DNA of 64,000 nucleotides from Schizochytrium sp. TIO01. Taxonomy: Eukaryota; Protista; Bigyra: Labyrinthulomycetes. The notes under the pieces were generated by a model, which saw only the letters and a program-made list of their open reading frames with translations, was not told the origin of the DNA and did no database searches. The DNA is taken from positions 930,001-994,000 of the forward strand of contig SMSO01000035.1 of NCBI GenBank assembly GCA_004764695.1. The letters are read 5' to 3'. Below are positions 51,864-61,628 of this stretch, piece by piece. The stretch's first letter is position 1. Each line of letters begins with the position of its first letter. Position numbers and translations under genes: made by a program.

Positions 51864-53399
51864 ATGGGCAAAAAGGAGCTTCGCGAGATGGATATGTCCG
51901 AGGTGGAGAAGCACAACTCGGAAGGCGATGCGTGGATTGTCATTGACGGCAAGGTTCTTGATGTGAGCATGTTCATGAACTTTCACCCGGGTTCTAAGCA
52001 CCTCCTCGTTAAGGTTGCCGGCACCGACTGTACCGAAGAGTTCTACAGCCTTCATCGCCAATCAGTATTGGAGAACTTTCAAGAGAAGCTGCAAATTGGT
52101 ACCGTCAAGGGCAAGCCTGTTCCTCCTGCCCGTGATCTTGGTGCCCTCAGCCTTGTACCTTACGCTGAGTGGATTTCTCCTTTCGAGAGCGAGAAGCACC
52201 GTCATCTTCGTCGCGCATGCCGCGAGTTCATCGAGCGTGAGATCTGCCCTTATGTCAGCGAATGGGAGGAGGCCGGCGAGTACCCTGATACCATCTTGCC
52301 CCTAATGGGTAAGTTTGGCTACATTGCTGCTTCTCTTGGCCCCGGCAAGCACCTCAAGTTCGTGGACCAGCTTCCTTCCGGCATCAAGCCTGAGGAGTTC
52401 GACTACGCTGCAGAGCGTATCGTGCAAGAGGAGCTCAAGCGTTGCGGCAGCTGGGCTCTTTGTGATGGCCTTGGCGGCGGCACTGTAATTGGTCTCCCGC
52501 CCGTCCTGAACTTCGGATCCCCGGAGCTCGTGCAACGCATTGTTCCTGGTGTCCTCCGTGGTGAGAAGCGCATTTGCCTTGCCATCACCGACCCTTACGC
52601 TGGCAGTGATGTTGCAAGCTCCACGGCTGTAGCCAAGAAGTCCGCTGATGGCAGCCACTACATTGTCACTGGCCTCAAAAAGTGGATTACTGGCGGTTAC
52701 CCTGCTGACTACTTCACGACCCTTGTGCGCACTGGTGGCGCCGGGCACGGCGGTCTTTCCTTGCTCCTGATTGAGCGCACCGAAGGTGTCACCACCAAGC
52801 GCATCAAGACCTCTTACAGCTCGGTTGCAAACACGTCTCTTATCACCTTTGAGGATGTCAAGGTTCCTGTAGGCAACTTGCTTGGCAAGGAGGGCGAGGG
52901 ATTCAAGCTCGCCATGGCCAACTTTAACCACGAGCGCTGGGGAATGGCTGTCGGCGGCAACCGCCACAACCGCCTCATCATTGAGGAGTGCTACAAATGG
53001 GCCTACAACCGTAAGGTCTTTGGCAAGCGTCTCATTCACCAGCCGCAAATTCAGGAGCGCCTTGCTGAGATGTGTGCATACACCGACTCTGTGTCTGCCC
53101 TCATCGACAATGTGACCTACAAGATGGACTCCATGTCTTACGCGGAGCAGACCAAAAAACTCTCTGGTGCTATTTCCCTTCTCAAGAACCAACAGGTGCA
53201 AGCCTCCCGTGTTGTCAACGATGGTGCCATTCAAATCTTTGGAGGTCGTGCTCTTACTAAGACCGGCCTTGGTTCCAAGCTCGAGAACTTCCAGCGTACA
53301 TACCAGTACGGAGCTATCCTCGGTGGCGCGTCTTCTGTTCTTGCAACTCAAGCCATCCGTGAGGCAATTAAGAAGTTCCCTGAGGATGCCCGCTTGTAA
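51864..53399 (+). CDS. Acyl-CoA dehydrogenase with N-terminal cytochrome b5 domain
   Basis: Cyt b5 motifs EVEKHN..AWIVIDGKVLDV..FHPGS..AGTDCTEEFYSLH. ACAD motifs CLAITDPYAGSDVA, YIVTGLKKWITGG, ITFEDVKVP, NFNHERW, RKVFGKRL and AIQIFGG. Confidence 0.93.
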   Translation: MGKKELREMDMSEVEKHNSEGDAWIVIDGKVLDVSMFMNFHPGSKHLLVKVAGTDCTEEFYSLHRQSVLENFQEKLQIGTVKGKPVPPARDLGALSLVPYAEWISPFESEKHRHLRRACREFIEREICPYVSEWEEAGEYPDTILPLMGKFGYIAASLGPGKHLKFVDQLPSGIKPEEFDYAAERIVQEELKRCGSWALCDGLGGGTVIGLPPVLNFGSPELVQRIVPGVLRGEKRICLAITDPYAGSDVASSTAVAKKSADGSHYIVTGLKKWITGGYPADYFTTLVRTGGAGHGGLSLLLIERTEGVTTKRIKTSYSSVANTSLITFEDVKVPVGNLLGKEGEGFKLAMANFNHERWGMAVGGNRHNRLIIEECYKWAYNRKVFGKRLIHQPQIQERLAEMCAYTDSVSALIDNVTYKMDSMSYAEQTKKLSGAISLLKNQQVQASRVVNDGAIQIFGGRALTKTGLGSKLENFQRTYQYGAILGGASSVLATQAIREAIKKFPEDARL

Positions 53400-54363
53400 G
53401 TCTCTACCTTCTTATGAGTCCCGCGCTTTTCTTAACTCCCCAATTAGTTGGCGCGGGATATACTTTACTTATCTAAACCTGTCAAGAATAAATGTCGGTG
53501 TCTACACAACTGCGTAATGAATAAAGAGAAAATCCCTTCTTGTAGCAACAACAACAAACGGAGTTGAGAAGCAGGAGACTGTTTCTTCCCAAAGGTCCAG
53601 GAGGCCGGGCTCCTTTTTCTTTCCCACCTTTTACCTTTCCTAGTTTTCTCAGTTTTGCAAATAAGCGTAAGGCTTCGCAAAGTGCGTCGTTTTATCTCCT
53701 TATACTTTTGATATACATATTTCTGAGTATGCTTCCTTTCACCTGTTTAGCTTGGATGCACTTTCACTCAGGCTGAAACCTATCACAGAGAAAGCTCTAG
53801 CTAGCACTGTGATAAAGGCACGCTTGAAAGGTTAAACTCAAATTTAATAGTCCCAAGTCATGTTTGACTTATCGATTTATGAGATGTAAAAAGGTGTGTA
53901 CTACTGCGCGGAAGGCTTCTGAAAAAAAGGTCCGCGCCGAGACCGTTAATCCAGACGGGCCTCCGCGGGCTTTGTCCATTAGGGATAGCGTCGGTGTTAT
54001 CATAGAATCCACGGATGTTGGCGCGAGTAGTTTATTGCCGAAGATGGACTTTGGTCCTTTCCGAAAGAACAGGAGGGAAGACATCTGATGCGCAAATCTC
54101 TTCTCAACGAGGCAGCACGAACGCTGTGCAAGGCGGAGGTCCAGTTCTGACGAAACATAGCCGGTCGGTGTTGAGCCACTGAACTAAGATAGGGTCCCCT
54201 TGGCAAGGATTTCACTGACCTGCGTATGATTTCGACATAGAGATATTAGGAAGGCTCTTGCTTGTTTTCTTGTTTTCTTAACTAACCAACTTGATCTGGG
54301 TTGCAAAAGCCAAGCAAACTCCTGTCGCTTGGCGCTTCGCTGGGAAGGCTGCCTCAAGATATC

Positions 54364-56013
54364 ATGGAGACAAAGAGCAATGAAAATATGGAGGATCGCC
54401 ATGAGCTAGTCTCAGAGGATGGGGGTGAAGATGAATCAGGCGAAGAAGACGGTGCCGAAGGAGTTTCTGCTCGGGAGAGCTCAAGTCATGTGGGCGACGG
54501 AGAGCATGATAGTGGAGGTGAAGCAAGTGAGGGTGACGAAGAAGAGGGAGAATCAGGACCTGCAGATGATGACGATGAAGGAGATAGTGATGACGGAAGT
54601 AGATCATGCGACGATGAAGAATGTACACATGATCACAATAATGAAGATATAGCAAATCATGATGATGAAGGTGGCGAGTCTCAAGTCCCGGAACAGGAAG
54701 ATGACGACAAGCAAGACGAGCAGGAAGATCCCGAAGATGCAGATATACAAGTAGAAATTCAAAAAGATAAAGAGATACGACCTAACTCTGCAAATCTAGG
54801 AGATGAGAAAATCATTTCTGGCGAGACCTACAATACTATTACCGCTGAGAAAGGTCTAGAAGAACTTCCCAATGAAGTCACTGAAGTTGAAGTTCCTAAG
54901 AATATTGCTCCTTCAGAAGTTTCCAAATCGCAGAAGTTTTCTTCTCAACACAAAAACTTAAATGCAGATGATTCTGTGGAAATTGTCAATGAAGAATATG
55001 CCGCCAACCACAATGCTACAATGCCGGAGAATCTTGCTGAGCTTATTGCATACCAACAACAAAATTTAGAGAATCAGGAAGAAACCAAGCGCTTAGAAGC
55101 ACGCTCGAGGCAACTTGCTCGCTGGCGTGAGCGCATGGCTCGTCGCATGACAGAGGACGAATTAGAACGTGCACGCGAAGCACGTCGTCTCGTTGCAAAG
55201 ATGAGACGAAAGCGACTTGAGCTTGAGCGCCATCGAAAAGAACAACTTGACGTTACACGCGAAGCGGAACAAGAGGCGAACGAGCGTCAAGCCATGGCTG
55301 CAGAAGAGCGTGCGCAGCATGAGTTCGAAGCACAGCGAGAATTCCGAGCACGTTGGATGTCAGAACTGAAACAGAAGCATCAAGAGCGCCAAGAGCGACT
55401 GCAAAAGAGCTTACAACCAGCGCGTCGCCCGAAGCAGCTTCTACATGATCGTTTAGAATTGGAGTTCATGATAAAACAGTCAAATGAAGACATTGAACGG
55501 CAAAGACAACTTCGTCGACTCCGGGATAACTGCAAACAACCAACCATGCAGGAGTTAGAGAACCATATGAAGCTTTTTGCCAACACCGTTCATGCAATTC
55601 CAAATCGGCCGATATTACCTGCGCGGGTGCAAGTGACGCAGGACACTGTGGATCAAGTACAACGCAGGGTACATCAGGCAGATGCGGCAAGTAAACGTGA
55701 GCATCGGAAAGAGCACCTGTTAGCATTTGGGCGACAGTCTGCTCGTAAAGAGTATGCAACTCATGTTCCCAAGGTGAAAACACCGAAGGTGCGCAAGCCA
55801 TTACCTATTGAAATTAACCCTCCTACGACAGCGCGGCCTGTAGGAGTCTCTCGCCCACTGGGGGCTATACGACAGCCAGCACATGCTGCTGCGTCTCCTC
55901 GAACACGCGCACTTGCAGATGCAGCAGTAAAGGCTTCTCACAAAGATGCGAAAGACATTCAAGAGAAACTCAAAGAGCTACATCGTCTACAGCAATTTGC
56001 TCCAGCAGCGTAG
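54364..56013 (+). CDS. Hypothetical protein with acidic N-terminus and central coiled coil
   Basis: Long ORF of about 549 aa from the first ATG at 54364. D/E-rich N-terminus and an R/E/Q coiled coil; no recognisable family. Confidence 0.7.
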   Translation: METKSNENMEDRHELVSEDGGEDESGEEDGAEGVSARESSSHVGDGEHDSGGEASEGDEEEGESGPADDDDEGDSDDGSRSCDDEECTHDHNNEDIANHDDEGGESQVPEQEDDDKQDEQEDPEDADIQVEIQKDKEIRPNSANLGDEKIISGETYNTITAEKGLEELPNEVTEVEVPKNIAPSEVSKSQKFSSQHKNLNADDSVEIVNEEYAANHNATMPENLAELIAYQQQNLENQEETKRLEARSRQLARWRERMARRMTEDELERAREARRLVAKMRRKRLELERHRKEQLDVTREAEQEANERQAMAAEERAQHEFEAQREFRARWMSELKQKHQERQERLQKSLQPARRPKQLLHDRLELEFMIKQSNEDIERQRQLRRLRDNCKQPTMQELENHMKLFANTVHAIPNRPILPARVQVTQDTVDQVQRRVHQADAASKREHRKEHLLAFGRQSARKEYATHVPKVKTPKVRKPLPIEINPPTTARPVGVSRPLGAIRQPAHAAASPRTRALADAAVKASHKDAKDIQEKLKELHRLQQFAPAA

Positions 56014-56460
56014 TAGTACCTCAACCAGTCACCCAATGAAGATAGAATCTGATGAAACGCAATGAGAAGAAGGAAGCCAATTAAGGCACATATTAATCGC
56101 CGAATCTCTAGCTTCTCTGCGAGGTCACATCTTTCACGAACGAGTTTGCATCTTTTTGTTGAAGCGTGCCATCGTTGATTAGCTCAGTGGTTTCGATTAA
56201 TCTCTAGCTTTATTTTTAGAATTTGACAAATGCAATGATTTGCTTCTGTGACTAATTTCTCTCGAGTAAATAGGATGCTACACCTTTGTTTATTTTGTCT
56301 GGTCAGAGGAACCACGAAGCATCATCTTACAAAATATGATGGCTTCTTCTGAGTTCTGCATATCATAGTATCCACTATTTTCTGTTGCATCTCAGGCAGT
56401 GGTCGCTTAGTGAAATGTCTATAGTCCAGAGAGAAGATTCAATAATAATAATAAAGCTAA

Positions 56461-57444
56461 CTAAATTGCAAAAGTATTTTCAACAACGACAGGGACAAGC
56501 TCTGCATTTGCTGGCCAATGCCAAGGTGCACCAAGGGCTTGAAGGGCGTGTGCAATGTAGTCGCTATGCGTAACTACTGCGACATGATCCCACGGAGTCT
56601 CCATGAGCCAGGCGAAAAATTTATGTACTCGCCGTTCAATGTCCTCTGGAGTCTCTCGATAGTCATCCCGGTGCCAAGAATCCTCATTTGATGCGAGCAT
56701 TCTAGTGAAATCAACACTAGGATACTCTTGTGCCATTGTAGATGCATCTCGTCGTTTTTCTGAAAGACATATTCCAAAGCGCTCACGGCAATGCTCAACA
56801 GCAACCTTTGGTACCTTGTTCCAAACGGTATCCAGTCCAATTCGAGCAGTCTCAAGTGCTCTAGCAAGAGGCGAGAGTACAATAGCGTCTATGCGAAGTC
56901 CTTTATTTTGGAGAGCATCGTTGACAGCTTTGCGAAGCGCATGTGCCTGGGCACGACCTGTGGAGTTTAGCGGGGCATCAGTGTACTTTGTCTTCTTCCC
57001 TTCTGACTCATTCCATACTTGGGTGCCAACTTCCCGTTCTGCAACATTATGAATAGCCTCCGCATGGCGTACGAGAAGAATCAGCTTTCGCCGACGCCCT
57101 TGGTTTGATTGAGGCGATCTTATGCTAACTTGAGTCCAGGAAGCGCCTGGTTTGAGTCCAAGGCGGTCGAGGTGCTCATTGTCTGGCTCAAGCTGGGGAT
57201 CTGGCACAATGCTTGCGGGGAATTCTACCCCTTCGTGATGTTTAGGCTTCAGTTTACCTGATTCCTTCTGAATACCACCCGATGATGCATGCGGGGCATC
57301 TTCTTGCTGCACGATGTCCCAGTACACATTGGCAAGCTTATCAAGCAGTTCTTGTTGATGTTTCCGGTGACGAAGTCTCCAAAGCCACGCTGAAGAGACC
57401 AATGCTGCACCAGCATAAATAACTAACATCTGGCCTGAGGCCAT
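56461..57444 (-). CDS. Histidine phosphatase superfamily (phosphoglycerate mutase/PMU1-like) protein with N-terminal TM segment
   Basis: LLVRHAEAIHN, DAPLNSTGRAQA, LSPLARALETA, CRER, RETPEDIERR and VAVVTHS. The first ATG is at 57444. Confidence 0.88.
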   Translation of the reverse strand: MASGQMLVIYAGAALVSSAWLWRLRHRKHQQELLDKLANVYWDIVQQEDAPHASSGGIQKESGKLKPKHHEGVEFPASIVPDPQLEPDNEHLDRLGLKPGASWTQVSIRSPQSNQGRRRKLILLVRHAEAIHNVAEREVGTQVWNESEGKKTKYTDAPLNSTGRAQAHALRKAVNDALQNKGLRIDAIVLSPLARALETARIGLDTVWNKVPKVAVEHCRERFGICLSEKRRDASTMAQEYPSVDFTRMLASNEDSWHRDDYRETPEDIERRVHKFFAWLMETPWDHVAVVTHSDYIAHALQALGAPWHWPANAELVPVVVENTFAI

Positions 57445-60127
57445 GTTGCACAAAGTTCACTTTCCGTTGTCTTTGTCGTTGTCGTTGTCGTTGTCTTTGT
57501 CGTCGGTCTCGCGTAACGTTCAACAGCTATGAGTTGATGGCCTCACTCTCGAGTCGAATGAAGACGATCGCCTGTGAAACAACTGATGAGTTGCCCTTTG
57601 TTCTTGCGCAGCAGTCCTGGAGTGAGCGGGACTAGGACAGTCGCAAACAGCAACAAAGTTACGTTTCGTGGTCGAATTGCCACTGCCACCATCCACGTCG
57701 TTTATGTTGCTGCTCGATAGCAAGGTTCTCTGTCCTTTATTCAATGCATTGAATGCATTAGATACTCTCCATCTTTCTTTTCCAGTTCCTTGAGGTTGCT
57801 AAGTGGGACCAGTACCTACTTCTGCACGTAGAACATTGTTAAGAACAGAACACCATGTACCTACCTGGAAAGAAAGTTTCTTAATTTTTAATTTTTAATT
57901 TAAATTTAACTTTAAAATATAATTTAAAAAAAAGGAAAAAAAAAAGACTTGGAACTTGGAGGGAAATATATATAAAAAGCTTTTTACTTTTTCTCGTTCA
58001 AATTTTAATTTAAAAAAAGAAAAATCTTGATGGAGAATCAAAATAAGCAAAAAATACTGACAACATGACACTTGGCATTGGAGAATTATTTATCGATGTG
58101 GCTTTTCTTCTGATGGAAAAAGTAACATCGTTATTTCAAAAAAAAGTATTACCAGGTAGAAAATAATGGTACCGAATAAAGAATATACTTCTGACACTCA
58201 AGCTGAAAAGCTAATCTTCATATACTACACATTTTTACATTTAAAAAAAATGCTTTATATATATTATTTGTGTACAGTTTTCATTAAGATGTATCTTTCA
58301 GATGAAAACACCAAACCAAGACAAACTCTTTGTGTATCATGATTTTTTTTAATTTTTTTTCAATAAGAAGCTTTCCAGCTAATCAAGAAGCTCTTGCTTC
58401 CAAGCCGCTTCATTTCAAAGGAATGCCCCACCCTCAGTGTTCTTGAAGAAGGAGTCTCCAGCATAAACCCAGCCTGAGTCAGATCCGATGAATTCACCTC
58501 AGAGTTGGCTCGATGCTTAGAGAGGTAAAACTATCAAATCAGAGAAAAAACCAACAAAAAACTAAAAATAAAACAAAACAAAACAAAACAAATCAAAAAG
58601 GCAGCGAAGCGCACTAATATCATGACGACGGCAGTTATAGTCACATATAACAAGGCACGGCACACACCCCAGTGCAACAGACCATCACTTGAAAACAGCA
58701 TCAAAAGCAACTCGAACCACAAGCGGACAGCACCTTCGGTTCGAGTCGATCAAAGACCACTTCGATCATACATACACGTGCCTCGAACTTAGCTGTTGGC
58801 GTCGCCAGCCACCGCGGCAGACCGGGGCGTCGCGCGGGGGCGGAGGGCGTCGAGGAGCAGGCACCGCATTCTTTGGGCTCCTGGAACATGGGAACGCTGC
58901 TCGCACGCTTGCAAAGTGGCTGGAACGTAGGTGGCATATGGACAACGCGCAACCCCCGTTCATCCACGCCCTCGTGACCCGGAGGCTGCCGTGGACTGCT
59001 TCGATGCCAACTTCACGTTGAGCACCATGCCAGGCGCCACTGCCGGCTTCCGCCAGATGCAGCTGCTCCCTCGGACCTGCCGTCAGGCGGTCGATCAGCT
59101 TCGAACTCGAACATCGTCGCTCTTCCTCAAGTCGCTCCTCAAGCCGCACGCCGTTGCCTCGAGCCAAAGCTAATGCTGAGGTTACCCTCTGTTGCTCTTG
59201 AAGGCGAAGGCGCCGCCCGTCGCGGTCACTCACTGCTCTTGACGGCGAGCGCCGCAGCACGCGGCACGCAGCACGCAGCGCTGCGCGCAGCACGCAGGTG
59301 GGCTCGGCTTTGGCTCGGCTAGGCTTGGGTGATTCAAGATCTTGAGCTCCATGGGTTCTCCTCGTCCTCTTGCACAGCTTGCCGTGCCCTGCGTGCAGCT
59401 TCTTGCCAGCTAGAGCAACCGCGTGCACCGCACCCCGCCCTTTGGCTGGACAGGCGTCGCATCGAGTTGGCCAAGACTTCTTGAGTCGCCGCAGCTTCCT
59501 TGGAGCGCCAATCGTTGATGACGCTGCCGTGGAGACTGCACCTCGGGAACCAGGAGTTCTTGAAGTGGCGATAGCAGGCATTTCCAACTTCGTGGCTGGT
59601 TCTTGCACAGACTCCGTCGACCAGCACTGTAGTGGATCGATTGATTACTTGCCCATGGAGGAGTGCGGCCTGACAGCCTCTGAGACCTCCGGCTGCCGAT
59701 ACTCAAAGTTGGATGTCTCGGCAGGTCGCGGCGAAAGCCACGACGGGAAGGCCCTCAAGAGCAGCACTGTCTCTTCAGGATGGCCAATGGCTTGCTTCAA
59801 GTTCTTAGGGACTTTGGGTTTCCACTGAGAAAGACTCTACTACAACTGATGCATCGTCCCCGCGTTAACTTCAAGCGGAAACTAACAGATTTTCTGGGAC
59901 CATGGTTACCCGTGCTGGGCAGATGCCCAAGAATTTGCAGTCGCAGGCGCGTACTTCGCTGTCAGTGGAGGTGCACGACGGCACGAAGGCGTGGGTCGGC
60001 ATCGCCGCGTCGCGAAGAGCCTCGTGAGCCGCGTGGCGCGAGAAAAATAAAAAATTTCTCGAGCGTTTCTGACCTCGACATTCACCAGCGTTCCAGGTCA
60101 GGAGATCTATAAAACTACTAAATTCCG

Positions 60128-60161
<34 letters not shown>
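60128..60161. repeat. (CAT)11 microsatellite
   Basis: Read directly from the sequence. Confidence 0.95.
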
Positions 60162-61512
60162 TTGTATTGTCCGATACTTTGCATATTATCCCGACGTTTG
60201 GCCTGTTCTAACAGGAGCGGTGTTCGAGCAAGTTCGAGTTGAGGTTCAACTCCAATTTGTTGTGCACCTCGTTGGCTAGCTTCCTGGTGTAATAATGCAT
60301 CGAGTCTGGGGGGGTTCTTCTCTCTCGTCGCGAAAACAAAATGGCTGGCGGGCGGCACGTCATCGGCGCTCGAGAAGAAGCTGAACGGCCACATCTGCAT
60401 ATTTGTTGAGCCAGGCTCTTCGCCGAGGTGCTCGCTGCAGCTTGGCTCTCTTTTCTCCCCACTTCCGCCCTCGAGATAAGAAAGAGCAATCAATAGCGCT
60501 TATTCACGCTGTTGTGTCATGAGAAATATTTTTGTTTGATTTTAATAATTAAACAATAAATTAATAAAATGCAATTGCAGGCATAGTTCGATAAAAGCGC
60601 ATCGCGCAGCACCTCCAAAGCCATCATCACCCACAAGGCAAGATCTGATTCCCGGCAAATGCTGGACACACCCATAGCCTCTCTTGCATGCATGCATCCT
60701 CGCAAACGCTCTCAAGCCAAGCCCTACGTCCGCCATACACACGCCCTCGAAAGATCTGCTTCTAAAGGCCGCCACCGCGGAGACATTTCCTGCAAAGCAA
60801 GCAAGCATCGAAGCTTCCTCTAAAGAAGACTAATTAAAGTAGAACAGAGAAGAACAGAACAACACATAAGTACCCCGATAGAAGTTCGCAAACCAGGGCA
60901 CGACCTGAAGAACTCGTACGCCAAGGCTTTCTACTCCTCGACAGCCCTGTGGCTTTGGTGGGTTCTGGCTGGGCTTCTGCCGGGCCTTGGCACTCTTGAA
61001 GACAAGCAATCAATTAATCAATTAATCAATTAATAATCAATTGATCAATCAAATACAGCACTGTTTCTCGAATTCGCCTCGCAATTCGCATGTACGTTGG
61101 CTGAGCGCCGCTGCGGAGGCTTTGCGTTGCGCAGCGTTCTTTCCGAGCTTTAGCCAGCTTGTAGCCTACCGTATGCTTGGTTCTTCTGGGCACTAGGTAC
61201 GAGTCGGTCAGATTCGATGAAGTAAGTCTTCGCCGCCATCAACTCTGCCGCCTCCGCGCCTTCAAGCTCTTTCTTTACACAGCTTCTTTGCAAAGCTGAG
61301 GCCAAAACGCCGCCAAGTCAGCGCGAAACACAAAGCTTCTCAGGCCACACTCGAGTTGGCTGGACGGAGATGTGGTCTCAAGCTGCAGCTTCTGAGCAAC
61401 GCATTCTCCAGCACGGCCCGGCTCCACAGCTGAGGCCCCGGCGGTGCACACCCGTGGCGCCACGGCTTCATTCGCCTCCTTGGGACTGGCAAACAGCTTG
61501 CAAAGTAGACCT

Positions 61513-61628
61513 AGTTGAAGTTGAAGTTGAAGTTGAAGTTGAAGTTGAAGTTGAAGTTGAAGTTGAAGTTGAAGTTGAAGTTGAAGTTGAAGTTGAAGTT
61601 GAAGTTGAAGTTGAAATTGAAGTTGAAG
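61513..61628. repeat. (AGTTGA)~19 hexamer microsatellite
   Basis: Read directly from the sequence; one variant unit. Confidence 0.95.

Noticed and set aside
52302-53351. 349-aa antisense ORF over the acyl-CoA dehydrogenase
   Set aside because: Shadow ORF caused by the strong codon bias of the sense gene; no motifs.
56179-56240. TAGCTCAGTGG resembling a tRNA D-arm/A-box
   Set aside because: No anticodon arm, T-arm (GTTCRA) or acceptor stem follows.
58766-59608. 280-aa minus-strand ORF
   Set aside because: Non-ATG start, Arg/Ala-rich composition and no domain; expected by chance in GC-rich DNA.
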